A stretch of 64,000 bases of DNA from a virus. Both the position numbers and the translations under genes were made by a program. Below the pieces are notes generated by a model, which was not told where the DNA came from, did not search any database, and worked only from the letters and a program-made list of their open reading frames with translations. The stretch is from IMG/VR virus record IMGVR_UViG_3300037963_003719, positions 1 to 64,000 of that record; one strand, written 5' to 3'. Numbering within the stretch: the stretch's first letter is position 1; every line of letters begins with the position of its first letter. This document shows, piece by piece, positions 19,401 through 28,900 of the stretch.

Positions 19401-22400
19401 TTAAAGAATGGTTTCCTTGTAGATAACTTTACATCTCACTCCATCGGTCAATCTGGACACCCTAACTATCGTTGTGCCATGGATATGGCATTAGGTGAAT
19501 TAAGACCTCAACACTTTACAACTAATATTGCTCTGAAATATAAAGATGTACCTACAGATTACATCAAGGGTGATTCAATTATGCTCGACTATACCCACAA
19601 GGTTATGGTTGAACAACCTTTTGCATCTGGCGTAGAAAACGTCAACCCATTTGCTGTTGTATCTTGGGTTGGATTCATGGTCATCACTCCAGCAATTGAT
19701 GACTGGGTTGATGAGGTTCGTTTACCAGAAACTCTTACACCTGTTGCAGGTGACTATGCAGCGACTGCATTTGCGATGCAAGTCGATCCTAATACTGGAT
19801 TTGCACCAACTGAATGGAATGCTTGGGAGACCCAATGGTCAAGTACCAGGAGTGGAAGTAGTTCTAGTAGTAGAATTGAAAGAAGTGCGGGTGGTGGTCC
19901 TCCAATTAGACGAGTTAGTTCGTCTAGTTCTTGGTCAACTACTAGAACTGGTCAAACTAGAACTGGTATTAGACCTGAAGTTACTCCTAGAGTTGACAGA
20001 GAAGTTCTTGGTGATAGAGTTGTTGATATTAAATATGCTCATTGGAAGAGATCTAGAAATATCCAGGTCAATGCTCAAAGATTAAAACCAAATATTCAAG
20101 TTTATTCTTTCTTAGAAGGAAGAGATGTAAATGCATACTCTACTCCAAAGATCTTACAAGTAAATGTTACTAGTACAGTTCCATTTAGTGTAGGTGAAGA
20201 TATTGTAGTAACTGGTAATGTTAATAGGAAGTTTAGGACAAAATTAAAAGCACCAAATCATTATTATCTTGGTGATGGTCAAGTATCTACTGATGGGTCT
20301 GCAACTTTAAAAACTGATCCATATACTGGCAATAATATGCCTGCAAACTATACTGCTAATACAACAGTATTGAATTTAGATCTTGAAATTATGAATGATT
20401 TGGGCACATCTGAATATGGTGGTCATGCTCTTGTTGGAGATACTTTAGTCGGTCTTACTAGCGGTGCAACTGCTACAATTACTGCTAAGAAGATGATTGC
20501 CGATGAGTCAGGTGGACTTCATATTTCTGTATTCATTCCAGATCCATCAGAAGAAGGTAACCCAAGATGGAAAGTCGGTGAATCTAAACTTAGATTGACT
20601 GATTCAGCAACTAACTCAATGACTCCAGGTGAAGTAGACAGTTCTGTAAATGGTACATATAGTGCTAGTGGAACTACCTTCAGCAAGCAACAGGATGTTC
20701 TGTTAGTTAGAAATGCAGAAGTTATTAATCATCAGGTATCTGAGAGTAGAGTTCTTACTAGTAGTTCTTCTAGCAGTTCTACCACTTTCGGTGGATGGTA
20801 TGACCCTCTGGCACAATCATTCTTGGTAGAAGATGAAGGTGGTGCATTTGTATCTAAAGTTGATATTTACTTTAGAACTAAGGACAAAACTCTTCCTGTA
20901 ACGATGCAGATTAGAGAGATGGTCAATGGTTATCCAGGACCAACTGTTCTTGCAACCATGAACAAAACTCCATCTCAAGTTAATCTTTCAGACGATGCTT
21001 CTGCTGTAACGTCATTTGAATTTCCTACTCCTGTATATCTTGCAGAACAGAGAGAGTATTGCTTTGCAATTCTTACCTCATCTGTAGAATATAAAGTTTG
21101 GTTATCAGAAATGGGTCAGGATGATATTGATGGCAATAGAATTTCTGAACAACCATATGCTGGTGTTCTGTTCAAATCACAGAACGCATCTACTTGGACG
21201 GCAAATCAATTACAAGACCTTAAATTTATTCTTTACAGAGCAGAGTTTGATATTTCTGAAAAACCAATTATTGAGTACGTAAATGACAATGATGGATTGA
21301 AGCAATTTGATAAATTGAAGAATGATCCTATTGAACTTACTGTAAATGGTAATTACATGAAGGTGAATCATTACAATCATGGTATGCATGATCCTTCATC
21401 ATTTGTTGAAATTAAAAACGTAAGCACCGAACAGTATTCTGAATTGGGAGCAAATTGGAATGGCACACCAGGTGGTGCTGTTACATTTAAGGGGAATCGT
21501 GATTTCTTCGCATATTCTACTAATATTAATGGTTCTGCACCAAGTGCTAGTAACCCAGGATACTTCAAGATTGGTGATGCTGTCTATAGTTACAATCCAA
21601 ATGGTGGTGTTGGTGCAGAGACAAATGGACTTTTTGAGGTTACAACAATTGCTAGAGTTGAGGGTAACATTCCAACAACTGGATTCAAAGTTGCAGATAA
21701 GTGGGTTATTGAAAATTATGTAAAAGATGGAGTACCATTAACTTATATCAATAAAGTTCATAGTGATCTTAAGTGGATTACATTAGATTCTTATCAAATT
21801 GCAATTCCAATTACCAGAACATCTACTGGTCCACTCAACTTCACCTTCGGTGGCGATAAAGTACTTGCAAGTAAGAATGTCATGTATACGAGTGTTTTAC
21901 CACTTGTCAATAGTATTGAATTACCTGGAACAGAAGTTAATGCTTCTTATAGAGCAACTAATGGAACTTCACTCGTAGATTCTGTTTTCTCAAATCCAAG
22001 TAGTTCTGCATCACCTTCACAACCTTCTTATGTAAAGGATGGAGCATTTAGAAGTGTTCTCTTGAATGAAAATAACGAATTTGTTGTTCCTAAAATGATT
22101 GGATCTCTTCAAAATGAGACCCAGCAAATGCAGGGAGTTTCTTCAGCAAATCTTAATATTCAACTCAGTAGTACTAAGTCAAACTTGAGTCCAATCATTG
22201 ATACTCAAAGAGTTAGTTTAGTTACAACTGCAAATAGAGTTGCAGATATTGATGGTACAACTGATAAAGAATTCTTCTTTAATTCAGATACTAATTATAC
22301 CGATATTGGATCTGAAGCAGTTGAAGATTTTAACCCTGCAAACTACATTACAAAACTCGTAACCTTAGAAAATGCATGTACTGGATTAAGAGTAGAATTT

Positions 22401-22691
22401 GCTGCATTCAATCCAAGCAGTGCAACCAATGTTGATGTTTACATCAAAGCACTTTCAGGTGAAGAATCAACTCCTATTGAGATTGATTGGGTTGAACTTA
22501 GTGATCCAGATTATGCTACAACTCAAGATGAGCAATTCTTTAGAGAATACAAGTATGAGTTTGATGTTACCAACGCTGGTGCAAACGCAAGTGCTTCATT
22601 CACCCAGTTCCAGGTTAAGATTCGTATGAGATCTAAAAACCAAGCAGTTGTCCCTATTATTAAAGATTTAAGATGCATCGCTCTCGCTTGA
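16440..22691 (+). CDS. VrlC-like (DUF4815-type) large baseplate/virion structural protein
   Basis: 2083 aa with TNLN.PPYFEDFD...NFHKVLFRPG.P.QARELT, APGAHR, LARRTYDESGDY, NKRYTMKDIGKLE.R..N.EYYT, DPLAQSF, LFKSQNASTW, P.IKDLR.IALA. Confidence 0.85.
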   Translation: MPQTTNLNTPPYFEDFDAADNFHKVLFRPGFPLQARELTVLQSLLQDQIEKFGSSIYKDGAMVIPGQISYDLYYTSVLIEDEYFGISADTIKDFIVGQTIIGQSSGVKARVVNAISSEESEKGKTTLYVKYTSAGTSNTAGTFVDDEILLAEDSFSIGETVIQADTDFAKCVTEDATHTGSAAKITPGIYFIKGFFTSVQEQEIILDQFATTPSYRIGLQVLETIVTPEDDETLTDPSQGYSNYSAPGAHRLKLEAKLGKKSLTDESVTDFIELLKLEDGELREIVTTSRAQIARTLEDTLARRTYDESGDYEVKTYKFTKDENLNDGVNNGIFSVGEKTDQDNIPSADLFNVNVGPGKSYVLGYEIENVTTNYVDVEKPRTTEKETNKLIATDARGFEFRTAKSNEPIYDNLQSAYQSQQIAALKDGANVIGYGLFVGFETETSYDVVRIAAIKFLAKTNTINDVDTIVINGTINFETNSVSGGHIFTIASTGGRTNPYIFKAFNDNVIKTLEGASAFNIKTVATGTINGTGSGGSVNVPFASSNVSDYTLRIDNDGVGVARALTAATPNLSGGNFSFTISTDANTANDSFVIYGPKNVPNPVLKLSSLKKMRVIKLKDIDSLNKYNLNDTTLSLGVTRVSKVHAIYNYSDAAANDFNNVYPNVTYNTGTPAFKAGEIIVGRSSGAKGRVIKQESSTTKVYFVYETSSNFIPNEEIYGFETASTANISTVNSNGLPNLKSRYILDDGQRPHSFEFSSITKSNVGSSIPNDTSLWVVVDHFEDDNAAGLFYTANSYYDAVIEEIPSFEWGDEEYYLNDTVDYRINQSDVFSTGNGEYNSPHQIDPTQILSNTKLSNYGNFNFIYNDEKLPAGFIEANEIEYYLARIDHLYVNKVGEFVTKQGTPSLSPKEPSDSIKNAMKLISIDMPPYVRNLDDIVFTRFANKRYTMKDIGKLEQRLSNVEYYTQLSLLESETANSFIADGSGLNRLKNGFLVDNFTSHSIGQSGHPNYRCAMDMALGELRPQHFTTNIALKYKDVPTDYIKGDSIMLDYTHKVMVEQPFASGVENVNPFAVVSWVGFMVITPAIDDWVDEVRLPETLTPVAGDYAATAFAMQVDPNTGFAPTEWNAWETQWSSTRSGSSSSSRIERSAGGGPPIRRVSSSSSWSTTRTGQTRTGIRPEVTPRVDREVLGDRVVDIKYAHWKRSRNIQVNAQRLKPNIQVYSFLEGRDVNAYSTPKILQVNVTSTVPFSVGEDIVVTGNVNRKFRTKLKAPNHYYLGDGQVSTDGSATLKTDPYTGNNMPANYTANTTVLNLDLEIMNDLGTSEYGGHALVGDTLVGLTSGATATITAKKMIADESGGLHISVFIPDPSEEGNPRWKVGESKLRLTDSATNSMTPGEVDSSVNGTYSASGTTFSKQQDVLLVRNAEVINHQVSESRVLTSSSSSSSTTFGGWYDPLAQSFLVEDEGGAFVSKVDIYFRTKDKTLPVTMQIREMVNGYPGPTVLATMNKTPSQVNLSDDASAVTSFEFPTPVYLAEQREYCFAILTSSVEYKVWLSEMGQDDIDGNRISEQPYAGVLFKSQNASTWTANQLQDLKFILYRAEFDISEKPIIEYVNDNDGLKQFDKLKNDPIELTVNGNYMKVNHYNHGMHDPSSFVEIKNVSTEQYSELGANWNGTPGGAVTFKGNRDFFAYSTNINGSAPSASNPGYFKIGDAVYSYNPNGGVGAETNGLFEVTTIARVEGNIPTTGFKVADKWVIENYVKDGVPLTYINKVHSDLKWITLDSYQIAIPITRTSTGPLNFTFGGDKVLASKNVMYTSVLPLVNSIELPGTEVNASYRATNGTSLVDSVFSNPSSSASPSQPSYVKDGAFRSVLLNENNEFVVPKMIGSLQNETQQMQGVSSANLNIQLSSTKSNLSPIIDTQRVSLVTTANRVADIDGTTDKEFFFNSDTNYTDIGSEAVEDFNPANYITKLVTLENACTGLRVEFAAFNPSSATNVDVYIKALSGEESTPIEIDWVELSDPDYATTQDEQFFREYKYEFDVTNAGANASASFTQFQVKIRMRSKNQAVVPIIKDLRCIALA

Positions 22692-22912
22692 TACCAGTGG
22701 AGGGTCACGACGGTTTAGCACGTGACCCAAACACTGGTGCTATTGTAAATACAAACAAAACAGATTTTGAAAAATATAAAGCGGTATCCTCCGCAAGAAA
22801 AATTTATGATCAAAAAATTGAAGACACTGCTGAAGAACTTGCCTCATTAAAAGAGGAAATGTCAGAAATAAAGCAGTTATTAGTTAAACTAGTTGATGGT
22901 ATAAATACTTGA
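22673..22912 (+). CDS. Small conserved protein with C-terminal coiled coil
   Basis: VEGH..L.RDP.TGAIVN then heptads (LKEEMSEIKQLL). This type usually follows the VrlC-like gene in cyanomyoviruses. The start may be slightly downstream. Confidence 0.75.
   Translation: MHRSRLIPVEGHDGLARDPNTGAIVNTNKTDFEKYKAVSSARKIYDQKIEDTAEELASLKEEMSEIKQLLVKLVDGINT
22900..22907 (+). promoter_or_regulatory. T4-type late promoter
   Basis: TATAAATA 24 nt before ATG 22931. Confidence 0.8.
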
Positions 22913-22930
22913 TGATATAGGATATAACTA

Positions 22931-23269
22931 ATGCTAGCTGCGGTAACTAACCTAGTTGTCTATCAAGGAAGTGATTTCCAAAATACATTCTTTGTCTCTG
23001 ATGATAATGGGGCGCAGTTTGATTTGACTGGTTATACTGGAGAATGTTTAATTAAAAAACACTATAGTAGTAGTTCTTCTACCACTATGCAGGTTAATAT
23101 TAACCCTCCAGAAAACTCAGGGTCAGTTACAATAACACTAACCAATTCTGTTACTGCTGCGATGACCCCTGGTAGATACGTATATGATGTAGTTTTGACA
23201 AGTGGAGTTGGAATTAAATCTAGAGTATTGGAAGGTATTCTAACAGTAGTAGAAGGAGTTACACTCTAA
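22931..23269 (+). CDS. Ig-like fibre-adaptor / virion structural protein
   Basis: 112 aa with NL...QGSDF, DLTGYT....IKKHY, G.VTI.LT...T.....GRYVYDVVL, RVLEG..TV..GVT. BppU-like beta sandwich (inferred). Confidence 0.7.
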   Translation: MLAAVTNLVVYQGSDFQNTFFVSDDNGAQFDLTGYTGECLIKKHYSSSSSTTMQVNINPPENSGSVTITLTNSVTAAMTPGRYVYDVVLTSGVGIKSRVLEGILTVVEGVTL

Positions 23270-23478
23270 TGGCAAGAATTAGGTTTGGAGATCAAATTTC
23301 ACCTCAAGTGTCGCGTGTGGCACTTGGTGGTGCAGCGACAATTCAAAACTTGGGTGATGTTGACACCCTCACCAATGGATTAGGAGATGGATATCTTCTA
23401 ATTTATAATCAATCTACAAGTAGATTTGAAAGTGGTAATGTATTAAACAACGTAACAGTTAACGGAGGATCATTCTGA
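23269..23478 (+). CDS. Small fibre-associated protein
   Basis: 69 aa, TAATG/TGATG coupled. Has the L.DVD....DG..L.YN....F fibre repeat and ends NGGSF. Confidence 0.7.
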   Translation: MARIRFGDQISPQVSRVALGGAATIQNLGDVDTLTNGLGDGYLLIYNQSTSRFESGNVLNNVTVNGGSF

Positions 23479-25706
23479 TGGCATCAACCATCTTAATTAA
23501 AAGGAGTACTAGTACAACAGTACCTTCTTCATTGGAATTTGGCGAACTCGCAGTAACGGTTGGTGCTGGTACTCAGGTTAACCGTGGCGATAGAGTTTTC
23601 GTCGGAGACAATAACTCAACAGTTCAAATCATCGGTGGTAAGTATTTCACCGATATGCTGGATCATGTGCATGGCACACTTACAGCAGATTCAGCAGTAA
23701 TTACAGATAGTAATTCAAAGTTAGATCGTTTTAGGGTAGACGACGTTAACATTGATGCTAACGTTGTAGAAACTGATACTACTGATACTGATCTTATTTT
23801 CAGAGCAAATGGTACAGGTAAACTTGTCATTGAAGATGGGCAAGAACTGGAATTCGGTACTACTGGAGATGTTGAACTTCTCTTTACTGATGCCGATGCA
23901 ACATTAGATATCAAAAGAGTAGGTGCTACTGTTCCTGACTTACGCATTCAAGATGATATGCGTATTTACTTTGGTAGTGATAAAGATAGTGGCATTCGTT
24001 ATGATGAAAATCAAACAGACACCCTTAGAGTTAATGGTGCTGATTGGACTTATGACAATGGTGTTGCAATTCAATTCAACGACACCACAGACGCAACAAA
24101 CGCCAGTACTGGTTCAGTAAAACTTGCTGGTGGTTTAGGTGTTGAAAAAACTGCATGGATCAAAGATCTTGTAGTTGATGATAATGTAACTCTTGGTACT
24201 GCTAATACTGATCTTTTGACTGTTGAATCAACCACTACGTTTAATGCTGATGTAACATTTAATGGAACTCAGAATGTTGCTGGTACTATCAACCAAACTG
24301 GTCAGTTTAACCTTGATAACATTCGCTTAGATGGAAATACAATTTCCACTACAGCAGGTTCTCAAATCATCTTGGATCCTGATCCCACTGCTGGAGATTC
24401 AGCTGGTGATCTGATTGTTCGTGGTAACCTTCAAGTTGCTGGTACGACCACGACTGTGAACTCAACTGAGATGACAGTCAATGATCCAGTGTTTAACATT
24501 GGTGATACTACTTCAGAGAAAGCAGTTACTGCACAAGCAGCATCTGCTGCTTCAACTCTTAATGTTGACAATCCATCTGGTATTGCAACAGGCGGTCTTG
24601 TAACTGGTACTAATGTAGGTACTGGTGGAAGAACGATTACTCAAATTGAAGTTGTATTCCACACTGATGCAGGATTCTCCGCTTCACCTTCAATCGGTGA
24701 TGCAATTTATCATTTAAAGGATGGTGTATATCAGCAATTAGGTACATTCCAGTCACAAACTGCTAGTACTGTTAGGGTTACTCTTTTACCAGAACTTTCT
24801 CTTAGAGAAAGTGCTTTCTATGAGGGGGATTCTCTTACTGATGGCAATACTGGAAGTCCACAAACTATTGGATTAATTAAAGAGGCAAACAACCAGACAG
24901 TTTTTGAGACAACTACATTGTCATTGAGTTCTGGTATTTCTGCTCAAATTGAAATTGGTGATTTTGTCACCGTAACTCAAGGATCTAATGATGGCATGGA
25001 TCGTGGTATTCAATATTCTTACCACAATGGTTCTGCAATTAAACATGGATTCTTCGGATTTGACAGAACAGCGGGTGATGATGGACTTGGTGCATTTACC
25101 TTTATTGAAGATGCTACCAATACAAACAACATCTTTACTCATGTAGTTGGTTCTATTCAATCAATGAAGATTGAGCAGGATGATCTTGATTATTTAAGTG
25201 TCACTACTCTTCCTGGTTCAGCAAACCAGACATACACTAATCTTTCCCCAACTGGTGGAGCAGGTAGTGGATTGACTGTTAATGTTGCCCGTGATGGTAG
25301 TGGTGCAATTAGTATTGCATCAGTAACTATTGTTACTGCTGGAACATATTACCAAGAGGGTGATTTACTCACCATTACTGGTAATCAGATCGGTGGTTCT
25401 GCTGGTGCTGATGATCTTCAATTAAGAGTAACTGCAGTTGCAATTTCAAGAGGCACCGTTTTACTGGGTGATCTTGAACTTGACGTTGATCTTGCAGTTA
25501 AGTTTGGTGGTACAGGAAGATCAGAATTCAACAGCAAAGGTATTCTTTATGGAAACGGCGCTGGTGAACTCTTAGAAACTGCTGCTGCAAACATGGCAAA
25601 CCCAGGCGTTGGTCCTGACGTTGCTACATCATTCCAGGTCTTGACAGTTACCGCTGCAGGAGTCCCCGTCTGGACTGATACAATTGACGGGGGAACTTTC
25701 ACCTGA
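23478..25706 (+). CDS. Tail fibre protein (742 aa)
   Basis: Mtd_N-like N-terminus (ILIKRS...P.SL.FGELA), GNLQV.GTTTTVNST...V.DP, L.V..GGTG, and C-terminal IDGGTF. Confidence 0.8.
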   Translation: MASTILIKRSTSTTVPSSLEFGELAVTVGAGTQVNRGDRVFVGDNNSTVQIIGGKYFTDMLDHVHGTLTADSAVITDSNSKLDRFRVDDVNIDANVVETDTTDTDLIFRANGTGKLVIEDGQELEFGTTGDVELLFTDADATLDIKRVGATVPDLRIQDDMRIYFGSDKDSGIRYDENQTDTLRVNGADWTYDNGVAIQFNDTTDATNASTGSVKLAGGLGVEKTAWIKDLVVDDNVTLGTANTDLLTVESTTTFNADVTFNGTQNVAGTINQTGQFNLDNIRLDGNTISTTAGSQIILDPDPTAGDSAGDLIVRGNLQVAGTTTTVNSTEMTVNDPVFNIGDTTSEKAVTAQAASAASTLNVDNPSGIATGGLVTGTNVGTGGRTITQIEVVFHTDAGFSASPSIGDAIYHLKDGVYQQLGTFQSQTASTVRVTLLPELSLRESAFYEGDSLTDGNTGSPQTIGLIKEANNQTVFETTTLSLSSGISAQIEIGDFVTVTQGSNDGMDRGIQYSYHNGSAIKHGFFGFDRTAGDDGLGAFTFIEDATNTNNIFTHVVGSIQSMKIEQDDLDYLSVTTLPGSANQTYTNLSPTGGAGSGLTVNVARDGSGAISIASVTIVTAGTYYQEGDLLTITGNQIGGSAGADDLQLRVTAVAISRGTVLLGDLELDVDLAVKFGGTGRSEFNSKGILYGNGAGELLETAAANMANPGVGPDVATSFQVLTVTAAGVPVWTDTIDGGTFT

Positions 25707-25715
25707 GGTTAAACA

Positions 25716-25934
25716 ATGAACAATGAATTAGATGTAAATGTCCTTATTTCAACCCTTCAAAAAAAGGTAACTGATTTGACTCTTACTAATATTGTGTTAG
25801 AGGCGCGAAATAAAGATTTGACGAATCGGTTAAATAGTATCATAGAACAGTCACATTCAGAGAATGCTATAAATGGCAAGCAGAATCAAGTTAAAGAGAT
25901 CCCTAACTCCGAACTCAGCACCGACGACTTCTGA
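25716..25934 (+). CDS. Small coiled-coil protein, possible fibre assembly chaperone
   Basis: 72 aa heptad pattern (LQKKVTDLTLTNIVLEAR). GAGG SD; overlaps the next gene by 62 nt. Confidence 0.65.
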   Translation: MNNELDVNVLISTLQKKVTDLTLTNIVLEARNKDLTNRLNSIIEQSHSENAINGKQNQVKEIPNSELSTDDF

Positions 25935-28900
25935 CCTTAGAGATAAGGAAGTTGCGCTAAACATCGTTGATAGAACCCTATTTGTTAACAATTCGGGTAC
26001 TATTGAAGAAATTGCCAATGCTGATCCGAACGATGAGAAGATTGTTCCATCGATGTTTTCTAGCGCCATCACTGATGGTGTTGGAAATACTTGGTATGTT
26101 TCAAAAAACGGAACCGATAAGGCAACTTTAGGTTCTGTAAATCCTCGTCATGGAGAAACTACTGGAGCAAACTCTTGGGGTAAAACTCCATCTACATCGT
26201 TCCAAACTTTAAAGTACGCTCTCGATAATTACGCCCAATCTGGCGATACTATTATCATTGCTGCTGGTACTTATGATGAAATATTCCCACTGACTGTTCC
26301 TGTTGGGGTTACTATTAAAGGTGATGGTTTAAAATCTACATTTATTAAACCAACAGTACCAACAAATACTGAAGATGCTTTCTTAATTGAAGGTGACTGT
26401 AATATTGAGGATCTCTGTGTTTGTGATTTTTATTATGATTCTGTAGGTGATACTGGTTATGCATTTAGATTAAAGTCAACATACACTGTTGCTGCTGACG
26501 GAAGAAGACCATATATTCAACGTTGTAGCGTAATTACTAAGGGTAGTACTACTTCTGGTACTGACCCCCGTGGATACGCTGCTGGAGACGCTGGTAGGGG
26601 TGCCTTAGTAGACGGTTCAAGTGTTGCTGCATCCTCTTCTGAAGCAGCATTACTGTTTAACGAGTGTACATTTGTTGTACCCAATTCAGTAGGTCTGTAT
26701 CTTAAAAATGGCGCACGTTGTGAATGGTTGAATTCATTCACATATTTTGCTGCCGATAGTATTAAAGGCGAAAACCCAGGCGGAACTGGTTTCAAAGGTA
26801 CAGGTAAGACCCGATTAAAACTTAATGGTACTAGTGGCACATTTAATGCTACTGATACTATTACCTATTATGATGTAGATGGCGTAACTGTATTAGCGTC
26901 TGGAACGATTGAATCTAATGATGGTACTTACATCTATATTGATGGTCAAGGTACTGGAACATTTGTAGAAGCAGAAGCACAGAGTGCAGGTAAAGCAGTT
27001 ACTGCAAATGGTGATGCACAGTTAGACACAGACGAAAAGAAATTTGGCATTGCATCTTTACTTTTAGATGGGACTGGGGATTATCTGTCATTGGCAGGAT
27101 CTTCTGATTTTGGATTTGGAACTGGTGATTTTACTGTAGAAGCATTTATTAGACCTTCTAGTGTTGCTAGTGGAACAAAAGTAATTGCAGATTTTAGATC
27201 TACTAGTGGGACAGTTGCTGGGTTATTAGTTTTAAGTGGTTCTGTAGTAGAATTCCAATCAGCAAATGGTGCAGGATCTATTACTGGATCCACTACTTTA
27301 AGTGCAAATGTATTTTATCATGTTGCAGTAGTTAGACAAAATGGTGTCACTAAATTATATCTTAATGGATCTCAGGAAGGTAGTAATCTTACAGATACTA
27401 CAGATTATGGTTCATCAAGAGCACTTTTCATTGGTGCCAACTTTAATGGAAGTGCAGAATTCCCTGGACATATTGATGAGTTTAGGGTAAGTAAAGGACT
27501 CGCTCGTTATACTACAGGATTTACTCCAACAACCTCTGAGTTTGTTTCTGACACTAATACACAATTACTTCTGCACTTCAATGGTCTTGATGGTTCTACC
27601 AGCATTTTAGATGGTAGTATTTCTATACAGGATATTCGTTCATCTTCAGGTGGTGTTGCACAATACATTGCCCTTGCCGATTATACCGATTTTGGTGCTG
27701 AACTTCGTTCTATTGGTTCTGCATCTGTCTATGGTGAACGTGGTATTACTGCAGACGGTAAAGGCGTAAGATTACGTTGCATTGTTCATAATTTTGGTTA
27801 TATCGGTACTGGTAAAGATTCTTCAAATGATATCAGTACTGTAAATCAAGCAAACGAAATTGTTGAAGCAAACTCTGGTAGAGCACTCTTTACCAGCATG
27901 GATCAAAATGGTGATTTCCGTGTTGGTAATGCATTCTTTGTAGATCAAGAAAATGGCACTGTATCATTTGTTGGTGGATCACAAAGTGGTGGTACTACCT
28001 TTGACCAGTTAGTTGTTACTGGTACTGGTGATACTACAACAATTCTACCTACAAGTATTTCTCTTGGTAATTTAAAACTTTCTGGAAGTACTTTAGAAAC
28101 TCTCTCAGGCAATCTTGTATTAGATGCTCCTGGTGGTAGTAGCGTACAAGTAGACAAGAGATTGTTACTTTCAGATGGAACGTATGACGTTCCCTCTCTT
28201 GCCTTTACTAATGATGGTAATACTGGAATTGCAAGAACTCAACCTCTTGCTGATGGATCTTTTAGTTTAATCTCTAACGGATCAGAAAAATTTAGAGTTG
28301 CTCCTGATGCAGTTAGTAGTTATACTACTGCTAATTTCGTATCTGTTGGTATTGGAACAGACCAAAATGATACTGCGTTAACTTCCAATGGTAGTGCATA
28401 TCCACCTGGAACATTTACTAATGTTCCCCTTATTGGTGGTTCTGGCACAGGTGCTGCAGCAACCATTACTACAGAAGCATTTAATGGTACTATTACCAAT
28501 AATGGTAGTGGATATACTACAGGTACAATATCAAATGTTGCACTGACAACTAATGGTTCTGGAACTGGTGGTGTAGTTGATGTAACTGTTACTGGAATTG
28601 CTGGTCAGATTACCAATGGTGGATCTGGATATTACGATACTTCTTACAACAATGTTCCTTTACAAGGTGGTAATGGTACTGGTGCAGAAGCATCTCTTAC
28701 TATCTCTGGTGGTGTTGTAACTGATGTTCAATTTACCAATAGTGGTGTTGGATATGGTATTGGAGAAGTTCTTACTGTAAATAACAGTGATTTGGTTTAT
28801 GGTGATCCCCCACAGCAGAGTGGTGGTTCTGGATTCCAATTTGAGATTCAAGCAGATCAAGAAGGATATGGTCCAGGTATTGTAACTGCTATTAGTCCAG

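Noticed and set aside
19941-19967. 12-bp direct repeat ACTAGAACTGGT
   Set aside because: It is explained by the coding repeat TRTG-Q-TRTG; only two copies and no spacer array.
19651-20085. Same-strand alternate-frame ORFs rich in Leu/Val/Met (also 39040-39444, 48873-49229)
   Set aside because: These are shifted-frame shadows of T-ending codons, with no independent evidence of being genes.
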